The notes: a model not told the origin generated them from the sequence alone. A DNA stretch of 64,000 nucleotides from Octopus vulgaris (GCA_951406725.2 OX597831.1:37820001-37884000), one strand, 5' to 3'. Positions 28,686 through 42,942 are shown, numbered from the stretch's first letter. Numbers and translations are program-made.

Positions 28686-29247
28686 TCGTGTGTATGTATA
28701 TAATATAAAGATATCGATTGGCAATATCCTCCCGTATTAAAGAAGGGTTCCGTAATGAACATATAAATCACTTTTGTAATTGTAAATACGCATCATATGT
28801 TGAAGCAAGCAACGCAACATCACAAGTCTAATAATGATAGCCTGTTGTTGGACATTTATCAATAAATTAGGGACGATGATTAAGTTATCTATAGCTTCTT
28901 AGAGAGAAATATAATTTCCGACACACATTTTCACTATCTATCTGCTTACCGTCTGATACGAATATAATTTCATAAATACAATGTAATAACATTTACACAA
29001 ATGACAAGCTTGGTTGGAGAAAAATACTCAAATTATCGATATATAGAGATGTATGAAGTGTTTGGGAATAGGGTTTGGTGATTACTTATTCAAGTGAAAA
29101 ACTAAAAGTTCACACTTGCTTTAGCTAAATCAATTATATTATAAATAAGAATGGAAATGTCTAGAAAAATTATATCGACGGTATGAGACTAAACATGAAC
29201 TATTTCATATATCTCTATACGTTCAGATGTATATAGATATATGCATA

Positions 29248-29322
<75 letters not shown>

Positions 29323-30820
29323 CATATATATATATATATATATTTATATGTATTTATATATGTGTATTGATTGATTGGAAGCCTGTGCTTCAAAACTTAT
29401 GGTCGGTTTCTAGTTTGGTCAATCAATATTGTCTATTTATAGCATTATATTCTTCTGCTGGTTGTGTTGTATCATATCAAGAGAAGTTCATCTGGGAATT
29501 CGTATACTCATACATATCTACATACGCATACGCAAATATATTCATACATACGCAGATACGTACTTAAGCTTCAACCAATCCACCAAATATATATATATGT
29601 GTGTGTGTGTGAAGAAAGAATGGACAATGAAGAAGCAAATTATGGTATTATTTTACAACATGTAATTTATAATTCAAACCTAATTGCACAGTAAGAAATT
29701 AGACATTAAGAAATAATGCATACAGTATCTTCCAGAATAGCTGTGCATATGATGTATCATTCAGCAAAGATTTCCAATTAACCCAACTATACCATCTTGA
29801 GAAACGAAAAATTATGGAATATCTTCAATAAAGGATATTTGTATTTACCAACTCTATGATATAAATTTGACTATATACCAGCGTAATTTGAGAACTCATA
29901 TCTACTGATTTATTACAAAGCTAATGGGTTCAGCAGGCTCAGTCTCATCTAACGATGATATCGGCTACTGAAGACGATAAAAAACAGCCACAAATGCGTT
30001 TGTATGTAGCGTTCAACAGAGGGCGTCTTGAGCTGATATCGGTGTTTTTATCTATTTTTCCTTTGCCTTTACGAGTTTATATCATCCCCAAACATATTTG
30101 AACAAATTTAAAGTTTGTTTATATATACATACTTTTATTATTCCTTCATGCAATTCAGCCTAAAGGATGTGGCCACGCAGAGGCATCACCAATATTGACA
30201 CATTTTCCGTGGCCATTCTTTTGTGATTGGCCTTCGGTGAAAAAGTGAGTTCGATATTGCTGCAATCTTTTCAGCTTATTTTCGTGAGGTAGGTTCGTTT
30301 GGGACATTGGACAGGAAGAGCTCAAGTTGCTTCTTGAAAACATCTAACTCTGCTCCATGTAGATCTCTCAGATATTTTGGCAAAATTCCAAACAGCTATG
30401 CGCCTTTGAATACCAAACTATTATATACATGGTACTAACTCTAGAAGGGATGGGTGTGATGCTTGGAATATTGCTGTGACATACACTTTGAGGACTGATA
30501 ATACTCAGATGCCAAACCCTGTAGTGTCTTTCATACGTTTATCACAGCATTGTTTATCCCCGCAACTCCCGTGTCTGGCGCCACGGATTTGCGTGCTAAC
30601 TCATTCAGTCTCTCCCAGTAGCCAAGGTATTCAAATCATGCCTTTTTTCTGACGTACGAGACTGGGCTGACTATGAAGGAGTGATACTAGACCTGCGAAA
30701 TCTAGCATGCTGTAATTTCAGCACTTCTAATTAAGAAACGCAGTGTTTTATACCAGGTAAACTGACATCTAACTCTTCAAGGAAGACTTCAAAAGTAACT
30801 AGGACTGACTTCTCTTCAAA

Positions 30821-31515
30821 ATGAGCAAAGTTTGGCATCGTGGTTTTATCAAGTAACTACAGAAAATGGATTCAGATTCCAAACGTATTCACGTTCACAT
30901 GAATGCTACATTAAGGGGAGATGCCCTAGCTTTATCAACAGTTCAAATATGGGCAGCGGAATTAAGGAGAAAGGAGAGTCTTGGAGATCTATGTTCTGCA
31001 ACGTCCACTCATTGATTGTATTCACCACATGCTGATGGATGACAAGCGCTTTACTATAATTCAAAAAGGTAATGTTGTTAGCATAGCCCAGGAGAGAGTT
31101 GAAAATACACTGTATAATGGGCGTGACGAAAGAGTCTGCAATGTGAGTACCAGGTCTTCTCACACCTGCTCAAAAGCGCAACAGGATGATCACATCATGA
31201 GGAAATCTGTCATTGTCTTAAGCATATCTATCTGGATTTCTCGAACGGTTATTTACCCAGGACGAGTGTTTCGGTCATTTTGAGCCAGAGAAAAAGAAAA
31301 TTCTATGCATGGGACACCCATCCTCACCAGCTCAAAAGTAGGCCAAGGTTGTTTTGTCTACAGGGAAAATGCTCACCTCAGTTCTTTTGAGAATGCAAAA
31401 AGCATTTTATTTATAGTATATCTTCAAAAGGACCACATCATCATTGAGATATATTGTGCCAAATTGTTGTGGAAGTTGCGAAAGTCTGTAAAGACTTAAG
31501 AGGTGTTTCATCAGA
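30821..31515 (+). pseudogene. Decayed mariner (Tc1/mariner) transposase, 3'-truncated
   Basis: MSKVWHRGFIK*LQK…ATLRGDA…; IDCIHHMLMDDKRFTI…SIAQERVENTL; AKVVLSTGKMLTSV…AKSILFIVYLQKDHIII…YCAKLLWKLRKSVK; ends near the FHQ of the HQDNA motif. Confidence 0.9.
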
Positions 31516-31725
31516 TCAATAAATTCTCATGCTGAAATGATTCAAGCTCCGCTTGTAATTTGCCACAGGTGAGTAACCGCAGTTGACAGCAGGTGTTCAA
31601 GCGGTTCTGGGCAAATGACTCCCATAGACCCCATGTGTGTGCGTATGTGTGTGTGTGCATGTGTGTGTACCTGTGTGTGTGTACTCTGAAAAACAAACGA
31701 CTTATGTTAGAAGGTACTTGGAAAC

Positions 31726-31760
<35 letters not shown>

Positions 31761-32174
31761 TGTATTGTTTAGCTTTTACATTCGTATAGATCCTATACGT
31801 TACTCTGGTTACGATTTCGACTGTTCCATAGCAGTATGTTACATATTATGTTGTTATGCGCAGAGGAAAGTAAAAAGAAACTTTATGAGATGTTTATAGC
31901 TCATATATCTTCATAGAGAGAATCCATTACATACATACATCCATGCAGATATAACTGTTTCTGCTGCATTCATATAATATATATCTATGAATGCATGCGA
32001 AGTATCTTACTACACCCGTAATTTAAATACTCGACATGTCTGCTAAAATCACCAAATTTTATTTTAAGAATTCTTATTTAAAATGAAAATAAAGAAAAAA
32101 TAATCTTTTATATAAGAGTGCCCCATGCATATAGGTTTACAGATAGATAAATCAATAGATAAATATATACATAC

Positions 32175-32205
<31 letters not shown>

Positions 32206-32869
32206 CTCGCATGCGTGCGTGTTTCTGTGCTTAGAAGAAGTGTGGCACATATATACATACATACATGGATTCATATGTACATGATTACATAGATAAACAG
32301 GTAAGCAGACAGACAGACAGGCAGACAGGCAGAGTGATATATAGTTTAAAATGATACATATGATACGAGGGAGATTATAGTGGAACCAGAGAGCAAATCA
32401 AACATGGATTCAGACGAAAGCAAAAGCACATGACAAAAACAAAAAGAGCGGGAATATAAAGCATACAATGTAAAGTAGAATTAGAGAATATTTTAGGATC
32501 TCAAGTGGATAAATGTTCATGAGAGAGAAAATTATATGAAGAGGTGCATGGGAATGAGAAAACTGTGTGAATGCAGATTTAAGATATTGTTTTACATGGC
32601 AGGTGTGTATGTTTATATATATGTTTTTATATATTTCTATTAATGAATTTGTTTGTCTACCTGAATAGTTTTGATGTGATTCAATGAGAAAAGATAAAAA
32701 TAAATTAAACTTGTTTAGTTTCATGACGAATTACGTTTAATGAAGACCGCTTTCACCTTCATAATCCCGAGACTAATTTAATTTTTATCAAAATGAATTA
32801 ACGGTTTAGATTTGTGTTTATTTTTCTTATTCTTACTACTCGCACCTGCGAACTACATCGAGCACACCC

Positions 32870-33430
32870 CTTATCCATCTACATTGTGAACTAGTATAAT
32901 CAGATGTAAAGCTTGAGAACACCTCATGCCTACACATCAAAGTGAGATCAATATCCACAACCATGGATTCCTAAAAAACTGCCGTCATCACCAGTAAACA
33001 ATAATCCCCACTCCATCAGGAAAGAAATAAACGTCACGACGATCACCTAAATCACCAGAAGTAACAAGTAAATTACTTTTGCAAATATCAGCATCCAGTT
33101 TATGAAAGTTGAACATTTACGTGGTCAGATTTTGCATCGCTAAATCGCAGAGATATTTTCTTTTAAAATATGTTCTCCACTCCAACTGAAAACTTTTAAC
33201 TCATCTCTTTAGCACAGCAAATATATCATGTTCCACCATGGGAAGTAGGATTTATATCAAGACGAATACGACCAATGTTTTCAAAATATTTCATAATATA
33301 GAGTAAAAAGAAAATATATTTGGTATCAGTTACGCAGAAATATCAGTAGGTATAGTGGTTTGCTGGTTCGTGCCATATCATTCGTACTACAAATGGCGTA
33401 CTTTTCCGTTGACTATTAAGCCATTGTTTT
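32870..33430 (-). pseudogene. Decayed CMC/Chapaev-3-like transposase fragment
   Basis: Minus strand QWLNSQRKSTPFVVRMIWHEPANHYTY*YFCVT resembles the W..G.RK.MPFA.PM.WREP..H..DCYFC motif, followed by INPTSHG, NLL and ILVHN remnants. Superfamily assignment is recalled from the motif, not from a search. Confidence 0.6.
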
Positions 33431-33952
33431 TTGTGAAATTAAAAGGGATTGAATCGTGCTGTTCAACGGGAAATATAGGATTTAATTTTAAGATGTTCCG
33501 GATGCTGATTTTCATAGTCATGAAATCCAGTTGTCGTCCCTACATTGGTACGCAACACATCTCTTGTATTGTTCGTAGTAATGAAAAGGAATCTTGACGT
33601 TGTTGTTGTAGTGTGTCTTCGATGTCTTGATGTTAACTACAGCTGGGCCACTTCAATTAATACCTCTAGGATAGAGGTTATGGATAATTAATTCCAAAAG
33701 ACAACTAATAAATTTAACGAAGTTAGATACCTCACGACTTTGATTGATTGATCAATATCCATCGTTTCGCATGGTCGAACGACGCTGCAAAATGACAGAA
33801 AAGTTACATAACAGAAATACACATATACACAGACAAGCTCATACCTATATGTATTCGTATGTGTAGATATATAAAAGTATATATATATATATATATATAT
33901 ATATACTTATATAGGTACATATATATATATATATATGTGTGCATATATATAC

Positions 33953-33996
<44 letters not shown>

Positions 33997-34033
33997 TCAT
34001 ATACATATGTATGTATATAATATACATACACAC

Positions 34034-34240
34034 GGTGAGCTGGCAGAAACGTTAGCACACCGCGCGAAATGAATAGCGGTATTCCGTCTATTTATATTCA
34101 GAGTTCAAATTCCTCCGAGGTTGACTTTGCATTTCATCCTTTGGGGATCGATGAATTAAGTACCAGTTGCATACTGGGGCCGATCTAATCGACTGGCTCT
34201 TCTCTCCCAAAATTTCGGGCTTTGTGCCTAGAGTAAAGAA
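34034..34240 (+). mobile_element. SINE family 2 monomer with tail type B
   Basis: Head, core and tail cccaaaatttcgggctttgtgcctagagta. Confidence 0.9.
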
Positions 34241-34974
34241 GTATACATACATACATACGTACATGCGGTAATGAACGTTATAACATTCCCTGACGGAGTC
34301 CAGAATGGATGTTACAGTTTAATTGCCATTTGCATAAATTCTGAACAATAATTCATATGTAATGCCCAGGCAAATTCTTCGTTTACCTGTAATAGCTACT
34401 GATCTTCTTACTAGTACTATGATCTTTATTATTATTGCTGTTGTTGTTGTTGTTTATCGCTCGACTTTGAATAGGACCATTAATTAAACTGATATATTTC
34501 TGCAATATAAATCTACCACCTCAATGATTATAGTTCGTTCTAGGTAATTATCATAATCTCCCCAATTATTTGGCTTTATATTCCCAACACATGTGGAGTA
34601 CAGATAAAGATAATATACCAATTAAAGGATTGCTTTTGAATGAATGAAACGCCAACATAGCAGTGAATCAGTTCTATATACGTCTTAGCAAAATGTTTCA
34701 CTTTGTATTAACACAATTCTTATGCACCTTGGGTGGAAATGGTCCCTGCAAAATGATCCTTCCACTTTGGTGGAAATAATCCTTGAAACACGCGAACCAG
34801 TAGACGTAAGTATATGGCAGTCCATTTTGTTGAGATACGCTATGTAAACTATTTGAGTTTTTCATTTATTTCCACTTGGCTGCTAACACATTTCATTCTC
34901 CTGACAATTACATTCGTCTATCAGATTTCTGTTTTGTTATGGCAATTGCAACTGCCTTTCTTTATACAACAAAA

Positions 34975-35594
34975 CTAGCAGTATCGCCTCGCGTTACTCG
35001 GGTTTGTTTGGACCCGTTAGAATTGGAATTTTTGAAAAATAAAAATTTTGCATTATGTAGCTTGTTATTCTCTTTAAAATAATATTAATAATATTAATTT
35101 CTACTCTTGTTATCTTTTATCATGCTTTGCTACCTTTTAAACTATCAGGTTTGGTGAAATTATTCTTAAAATTATTAATTGCTTTTTTAACTACTTTTTT
35201 ATTTCTTTATGTTCGATTGAATTAACAGCCAACTCTCGCGCTCGTATGCAGCACACACATACACACACACACAAACACACACACATACACACACACATAT
35301 TATTTCGCAACATGTAAGTAATCTTGATATTTATGTACAGTCGTTAGTTGTAAATGTAATCATTGGAATTACTGAGTACAACGTATCTATTTCTGAATAC
35401 TGAAATATTTTAAAACATCAATCTTTTTGCCATAACAACCACATCTTTATAGCTTGCGAATTTTAACCATCGCGCATCCTCACTACGCATTTAGTATCCC
35501 TGCCAATTTTCAGCTCGATCCTAGCACGTCTAGTACCATTGAATCCTTACCAAAGCCAAAGTGTGCAAGTTTTTTGCTCTTTTATATAAGTAGA
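34975..35594 (-). mobile_element. Non-autonomous Helitron
   Basis: Minus strand starts A|TCtacttatataaaag and ends cccgagtaacgcgaggcgatactgCTAG|T: 5' TC, degenerate subterminal hairpin, 3' CTAG, A|T target, no TSD. Internal CA tract. Confidence 0.75.
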
Positions 35595-35949
35595 TTTCAT
35601 AAATAGAGATTACAACTAAACTGTTATAAATGTAGCATTTATTTTTTTCCCTTGTCCTTTATCATTTGACGTGTTCATTCCTATTTCTGTAAGTAACGCT
35701 TACATTTTTCATTGTGAATATATGACTTCCTTTGTGAATATATGATTTCTATTGTATGCTCCAAGCATGTCATTTTAATTCTTAGCCAGACGATACAAAT
35801 AGTTGAGCCATTATGGCGGTTGACGGAATACTTCACAGGACTTATCCTGACACTGCACTCTGAGATTTACATTCCATTAAAATGAGCTCCTTCTTTGCTT
35901 GAGTTTGTTCCCTATGTTTGAAGTTGATAGAAGTAATCCGTCTAGGTTA

Positions 35950-36540
35950 ATATATTAGTTGTATTTTAAAAGAAGCGAACCGGATGCACCATCCACTATT
36001 TGCTCATGTCCCCTGCTTTTAAACTCAAACGTTGCTTGGTTTAAAATCATCACTTTGAAACTTGGATGTAGATAGAGTTTGGCTTTTAGCAGAACCCAGT
36101 TTATTGCAATCATTTTATCCAGATTTCTGATTTGAAGATAAATTCCTCTCTTCCGTCCATCTGTCCCTGTGGAGCCAAAAAACATTCATAGACACTGCTT
36201 CTCCTTTTGACTGCAAGACAGAGAAATGAAACAACCCTGCACACAAAACCGTTCTGAACCTCAATTTTAGTGACACGAAGGAAATGGTCTTCATATCGGA
36301 AACGTGGCTTAAAATCTTGTAAAAGACAGACCCTTCTAAAAGGCCTCTTTGTATCTTCATGGCTTCTTTATGCATTGAGTTCAAACTCCACCAAGCACTG
36401 TTTTGATAGTAGACTTAAAGCTCAAGGACAACCACCTATATCTTGGATACCTCTATCAGAGTACATTTTTGTAAGCATCTGGAGCAAGACTCCTGTTTGC
36501 TGATGACCTCCTCATTCCTCCCCTTGTTCGTCCATATTTC
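35950..36540 (-). pseudogene. Possible decayed non-LTR (LINE) reverse transcriptase fragment
   Basis: SVFYKILSHV, IYLQ…INWVLLKAKL and RGHEQIVDGAS loosely follow RT subdomain order. Confidence 0.35.
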
Positions 36541-36659
36541 GAAGCCCTGTAAAATAACATGACTACTCACATTCCTCTTAATTAAACGATGAAAATATTC
36601 CTCTCAGATATTCATACATGCGTATTGGATAGATACTCAGTATCAATATTGTATCGTAA

Positions 36660-36880
36660 AGGCGATGAGCTGAAACAAGTGTCATCATGCCGGAAAAAAG
36701 TGCTTAGTAGTAGTTTATCTGTCTTTATGTTCTGAGTTCAAATTACTTCGAGGTGCATTTTGCCCTTCCTTGCTTTCGGGGTCAATGAAATAAGTACCAA
36801 TCGAGTGCTGGGGTCAATGTAATGGACTTACGCCCTCTGTTGAAATTACTAGTTTTGTGCGAAAATTAGAAACCAATAAT
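36660..36880 (+). mobile_element. SINE family 2, old monomer
   Basis: ggcgatgagctg head; gagttcaaat; ttgcccttccttgctttcggggtcaatgaaataagtacc. Confidence 0.75.
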
Positions 36881-36893
36881 ATTGCATCTTTCT

Positions 36894-37230
36894 TATTTCT
36901 TTATTGCCCACATAGGGCTGCACACAGGGGGGACAAAAAAGGACAGACAAACGGATTAAGTCGATTATATCGACGCCAGTGCGTAACTGGTACTTACTTA
37001 ATCGACCTCGAAAGGATGAAAGGCAAACTCGACCTCGGCGGAATTTGAAGTCAGAACGTAGCGGCAGATGAAATACCTATTTCTTTACTACCCACAAGGA
37101 TACTTAATCAACCCCGAAAGGATGAAAGGCAAACTCGACCTCGGTGGAATCTGAACTCAGAACGTAACGGCAGACGAAATACGGCGATGCATTTCGCCCG
37201 GCATGCTAACGTTTCCGCCAGCTCGCCGCC
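36894..37230 (-). mobile_element. SINE family 2 dimer (internal deletion) with TSD
   Basis: Flanked by aataatattgcatctttct (36875-36893) / aataataatgcgtctttct (37235-37253). Confidence 0.9.
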
Positions 37231-37681
37231 TTAAAATAATAATGCGTCTTTCTGTATCTAAAAACACATAGAACCCGCGTAATAGTTTATTTTTCCCTAT
37301 TCATATTAACCTTTTTTAATGTTATATCATTTAATATAAAAATATTTTTAAGGTAGTCCAATATGGTATTACGTAATTTTATTCATCGTTTTTGAAATCT
37401 GAATAATATTTACGTTTGTTCGGGCATATGACAATGGTGTCGCATGTAGAAGAAAAAAACGAAGCAATTTATTTCACAGCCCCTTATAAAATCGTGTAAC
37501 TTAATTCCCGTCTCACAGTTCCTTAAAAATGTAGGTAACACATCTATGTTGTTAAGATTAGGTTGTTGAGAGTGGGAATACTGGCGCAGGATGTACAAAA
37601 GCAAGGGTTAAAGTATCATCCATTAGATGCGTTTCATTATTTGTCTTTCTAATTAACGGCGAATTATTCTACCAATGACAA

Positions 37682-38062
37682 GGCGGCGAGCTGGTAGAAT
37701 CGTTAGAACGCCGGGCGAAATGCGTAGCCGTATTTCGTCTGCCGTTACGTTCTGAGTTCAAATTCCGCCGAGGTCGACTTTGCCTTTCATCCTTTCGGGT
37801 TCGATAAATTAATTATGCACTGGGGTCGATATAATCAACTTAATGCGTTTGTCTGTTCTTGTTTGTCTTCTCTGTGTTTAGCCCCTTGTGGCTAGTAAAG
37901 AAATAGAAATTTCGTCTGTCTTTACGTTCTGAGTTCAAATATCGCTGAGGTCTACTTTACCTTTCGAGGACGATTAAATAAGTACCAGTTGCGTACTGGA
38001 CCTGATCTAATCGGCGGTCCTCCTCCCCCAGAATTTCAGGCCTTGTGCCTAGAGTAGAAAAG
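37682..38062 (+). mobile_element. SINE family 2 dimer (tail A unit + tail B unit) with TSD
   Basis: TSD attattctaccaatga on both sides. Confidence 0.92.
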
Positions 38063-38242
38063 ATTATTCTACCAATGAGTTATTCTGTCACCACTTAACG
38101 CGCTCCAAGTTTCGGCTACATCTTTTTTAACTATGTTGTGACAAATTATCTTTTTGTTTTAAGATAGGAATCACATACTCCAATCAAAAAAGGATTTCTT
38201 ACACCAGTATGTCCACAACTAATAAAGGACACCAGTATAAAT

Positions 38243-38658
38243 ACCTATTTCTTTATTACCCACAAGGGGCTAAACACAGAGGGGACAAACAAAAACAGAC
38301 ATAGGTATTAAGTCGATTACATCGACCCCAGTGCGTAACTGGTACTTAATTTATCGACCCCGAAAGGATGAAAGGCAAAGTCGACCTCGGCGGAATTTGA
38401 ACTCACAACGTAACGCAGACGAAATACCTATTTCTTTATTACCCGCAAGGAGCTAAACACAGAGGGGACAAACAAGGACAAACATAGGTATTAAGTCGAT
38501 TACATCGACCCCAGTGCGTAACTGGTACTTAATTTATCGACTCCGAAAGGATGAAAGGCAAAGTCGACCTCGGCGGAATTTGAACTCACAACGTAACGCA
38601 GACGAAATACCGCTAAGCATTCCGCCCGGCGTGCTAACGTTTCTGCCAGCTCGCCGCC
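38243..38658 (-). mobile_element. SINE family 2 dimer, young
   Basis: Two near-identical ~180-bp bodies and one head; tataaatacc on both flanks. Confidence 0.92.
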
Positions 38659-38959
38659 TTTAGCTATAAATACCGATAACACTTCCTCATTTTTCTCATT
38701 CCTTCTTTCGCTTTAAAGTACTCTAGATTATAGCTGATTAGAGCTACGTGCAATGACATTGATCATCTTGGAATTCATTCTCATGTTGTTGTTGTCGTCG
38801 TCGCTTTGTCTTTTTCATTCAAATTCTTCCCCTTCATAATTTCAAATACCTCTTCGTGGGTTCTTCTTTCAAATTTGCTTTCTTGTTGCTGTTTTTGTTG
38901 CCCTTTGTTCAATATTTCTTCCTTTTCCTTTTCCCACTTTCTACTTCCCAATCACTTTT

Positions 38960-39382
38960 CTTGCCCCAAATTCTCTTTCTTTCAAATTTCAATTTTCTTT
39001 TTCAAATTCGTCTTTCAAGCATTTTCATTCATCCATCTCTTCTCCTCCATCTCCTTCTTCTTCTTTCCTTTTTTCCTCATCCACTTCATGTTATTCATTG
39101 ACTCATACTTTTGTTTCTCTACAACCTCTGTTTCCCTTTTTCTGTTTATTATTTTCTCCTATTCCCTTTCCCTCATTCTCCTCCTCTTTCGCTTCTTTTC
39201 CCCTCCATTTTGTTGTTGTTGTTGTTCTTCTTCTTCTACTTCTTGTTCTTCTTCTTGTTCTTCCTCTTCTTCTTCTTCTTGTTCTTCTTCTTGTTCTTCT
39301 TCTTCTTTTCTTCTTCTTCTTCTTGTTCTTCCTCTCCTTCTCTTTTTTCTTCTTCTTCTTCTTCTTCTTCTACTTCTTCTTC

Positions 39383-39418
<36 letters not shown>

Positions 39419-39645
39419 TTTTTCTTCTTCTTGTTCTTCTTCTTCTTCTTCTCTTTCTGCTTTTTCTTACATTTCCCTCATTCACCTTCATGTTAATCAT
39501 TCATTCATTATTTTATTTCTACATCCTCTATATCTCTTTTTCATTTCCTTCTTTTTCTCTCATTTCCTTTTCCTCTCGCTCAACTTCCTCTTCCTTCTCC
39601 TCCACTACCTCTCCCGCCCCCCTCCACTCCGTTTTATTTCCTTCA
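38960..39645. repeat. Polypyrimidine low-complexity region with (CTT)n core (39222-39452)
   Basis: Directly visible. Confidence 0.95.
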
Positions 39646-40431
39646 TTCTGAAAGTAAGCTGCGCTCATCAAAACTTTGAACAAAACCACTGCTTTTACAA
39701 TAGAGACTTGAAATCATTAAAGACCATTAAATCGTTAAACTAACATGTGGTTACTAACTTACCTCTAAGGACACATCACAGAAAACAAAATCAGACACGA
39801 GTTGTTTTAACTCTTTACTTAATGAACACAATTGATAAATGAGCGATGTTTACACTATTTCCCCCATGAGCGTTACACAACTTTTATCTAATTTATTTCA
39901 ATTCATTTGTTGTCATTGTATATAAATCTACAATGTAAATTATATTGTAGTCCCGAGGTGTATCGGCAATAAATACATCTCAAACGATAATAAAAATAAC
40001 ATATAACAATGAAAGAAAACTGTATTAATACAAAAATTGCAAATACAACATGGCGACAATGAAATCACAGATATCTGCGCGCATACACAGAATCCATCGT
40101 TACTAATTGTAAATACTGATTTATATGACAAGCAAAAGGCAGTATGTTTTGCGAGGTGGTTGTAGAGGGAGGTTTCTGCAAGTGATTGTGGCAGGTAACT
40201 GGCTGAATCATATGAGTGTTAGCAAGAAAGTCCTCGCTATATTTGTCCTATGTCTTTACGTTCGGAGTTCGAATCCCGCTTGAAGTCAAATGTAGTTTTT
40301 TTTTTTTTGTCTAGTGCCGATACAACAAAAATGTATGACACAACGATGCGGTGGATTAGAATATTTGTAAGGGCTTTGGCGAAAATGCTTTAACATATTT
40401 TAACCGGTCGCATTTCTTCAAGTTCAAATAC

Positions 40432-40655
40432 CTATTTCTTTACTACTCACAAGGGGCTAAACACAGAAAAGACAGACAAACGGATTAAGTCGATTTTATC
40501 GCCCCCCAGTGCGTAACTGGTACTTATTTAAACGACCCCGAAAGGATGAAAGGCAAAGTCGACCTCGGCGGAATTTGAACTCAGAACGTAACGACAGACG
40601 AAATACTGCTAAGCGTTTTCCCCCGGCGTGCTAACATTTCTGCCAGCTCGCCGGC
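40432..40655 (-). mobile_element. SINE family 2 monomer inserted into an older copy
   Basis: 16-bp TSD ttcaagttcaaatacc at 40417-40432 and 40658-40673. Confidence 0.92.
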
Positions 40656-41794
40656 TTTTCAAGTTCAAATACCACCGAGTCTAAATTCAAATTTTACCAT
40701 TCCAGTGCCTGTTCAGGATACCCGTTCAGGATGAGCAGTAAGCGGAATAGGTATATGTTTAAGATGTGTGCGTTCCAAGTTCAAATTCCACCGTGATTAC
40801 CTTTACTTTTTATGCTACCGAGAGGATACACCAGATAAAATAACGTATCAATGCGGATGAATGATTGACGTCACTGATAGAACGTTGGGGAAAGTATTTT
40901 GCAGTATATGACCGGGATCTACATATTGTGGGTCCATACAGTGCTTAGACCACATTTGAACTTTATCCTTTCAGGGTCAACGAAATATAATAGAGCAGGG
41001 CGATGGATTGACAGATTGAAAACGCGTTGATGACAATGCATTATGGTATATAACCTTGGTCTAAATATTCCGGGTTCAAATATTACCGACACAGAGTTTG
41101 CCTTTTATAGTTCTCGGTTAATTTAAAAAATAAAATATTAGAAATGTGTGATGGATAGGCGGAAATGAACGAGATCTGCCGAAAATGCGTCACTATATAC
41201 GCACCAGCTCTGTTTTTTATGAGTACCCAGTTAGGTATAGCGAAGGTATGAATGTTTATCTGAGAAGATGGCGTCCAGTACGAAAGGGAAAAAGTATCGG
41301 GAAGAAGCAATCGAATACGATGCTTATATTATCCTTCGAAATAGTTATGTCAATAATGACAACCTGATGGCGCAGGGTGAATTAAGCTTCAAAGAGTGTA
41401 ATCAATAAGTTAATGGTAACGATAAATAAAGTAAAATCAACTCTATGAAATATAATGGGGCTCCGGTTGCCTCGAAAGAAATTCTTTAGTTAATATTACA
41501 AATCCATTCGTCGCTTACGACAGGATGCACTCCATCAGAAGTGCTTAATTTTGTCACGTACTAAGGTAAACCTGGCAACTGGTTAAGTCTACCGCACAAG
41601 TACCCTACGGAAGGAATTGAATTCGTGCGGCAAGGGGGCAGAACAAATACCGTAAGAGATCTGTTCCAACATTCTTACAGTTCTATCAATCCATCCCTTT
41701 GAGTTATGTTCACCTATTCTGTGACTTGAATGTGATCTGAACTCAGAACACTGAGTGTCAGAACAAATACAGCGAGGATTTCGACCCCGTTTCA

Positions 41795-42209
41795 TATTTC
41801 TTTATTGCCCACAAGGAGCCAAACACATAGGAGATAAACAAGGACAGGCAAAGGGATTAAGTCGATTATATCGACCCCAGTGCGTAACTAGTACTTAATT
41901 TATCGACCCCGAAGGGATGAAAGGCAAAGTCAACCTCGGCGGAATTTGAACTCAGAAAGTAACGGCAGACGAAATATCTCGATCTTTACTACTTGCAAGG
42001 CGCTCAACACAGAGAGGACAAACAAGGACAGACAAACGGATGAAGTCGATTATATCGACTCCAGTGCGTAACTGGTACTTAATTTATCGACCCCGAGAGG
42101 ATGAAAGGCAAAGTCGACCTCGGCGGAATTTGAACTGAGAACGTAGCGGCGGACGAAATACCACATAGCATTTGATCCGGCGTGCTGACGTTTCTGCCAG
42201 TTCGCCGCC
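41795..42209 (-). mobile_element. SINE family 2 dimer with TSD
   Basis: TSD ttcgaccccgtttc (41780-41793) / ttcgatcccgtttc (42214-42227). Confidence 0.92.
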
Positions 42210-42599
42210 TTAATTCGATCCCGTTTCTGTTCAATAATGACTGCAGAAGTTAGCAATTGACAGTATACTGATTTCATCCGGTGAAACATATTCTTTTTAC
42301 CCTCGTTGGTTTCTAACAAGCTTCCTCACCACGTTATAGCTGTTTGTTGGTAAGGTAGTTTCCAACAACCTCACCTGGTGATAGCTTGAGCATGATTTCA
42401 TATATTTCCTGCAGCATTCAAGACTATCCCTTGTCTCTAAATATGAATAAAATCAATTAATCAGTATCGTAAAATAGCCTGAATCTAAAACCAAACTAAT
42501 TAACTTTGCCATTTGCAAGTAGTTTTTGTGATAAATGTGACCTCCCCTGTAATTAATGAAATATTTGTAGACTTCTTGAAAATGAAGATATCAACAGAT

Positions 42600-42942
42600 A
42601 TCGTGGCACTCCGTCGAATACAACGACGAGGGTTCCAGTTGATCCGATCAATAAAACAGTCTGCTCGTGAAATTAACGTGCAAGTGATTGGGTACTTCAC
42701 AGGTACGTGTACTCTTAATGTATTTCTCAGGGAGATTCAACATGATGTAGAGTGTAACAAGGCTGGCCCTTTGAAATGCAAGTACAACAGAAACAGGAAG
42801 AAAGAATGAAGGTTGTGGTGAAAGGGTTCAGCAGATTTCGCAAAAACCCACCTCCTACGAGAGCCTCGTGGTGCTTTTAGTTGTTTTCACTCAATAAACA
42901 CTCACAACGCCCGGTTTGGGAATCGAACCTGCGATACTACGG
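42600..42942 (-). mobile_element. SINE family 3 (head shared with the 62802 copy, different 3' module)
   Basis: Minus strand: gcaggttcgattcccaaaccgggcgttgtgagtgtttattgagtgaaaac…, then …cacttgcacgttaatttcacgagcag…gatcggatcaactggaaccctcgtcg. Confidence 0.8.

Noticed and set aside
38806-39743. Longest ORFs (281 aa and 210 aa)
   Set aside because: They are read-through of a stop-free polypyrimidine/(CTT)n tract, giving poly-L/S/F with no domain.
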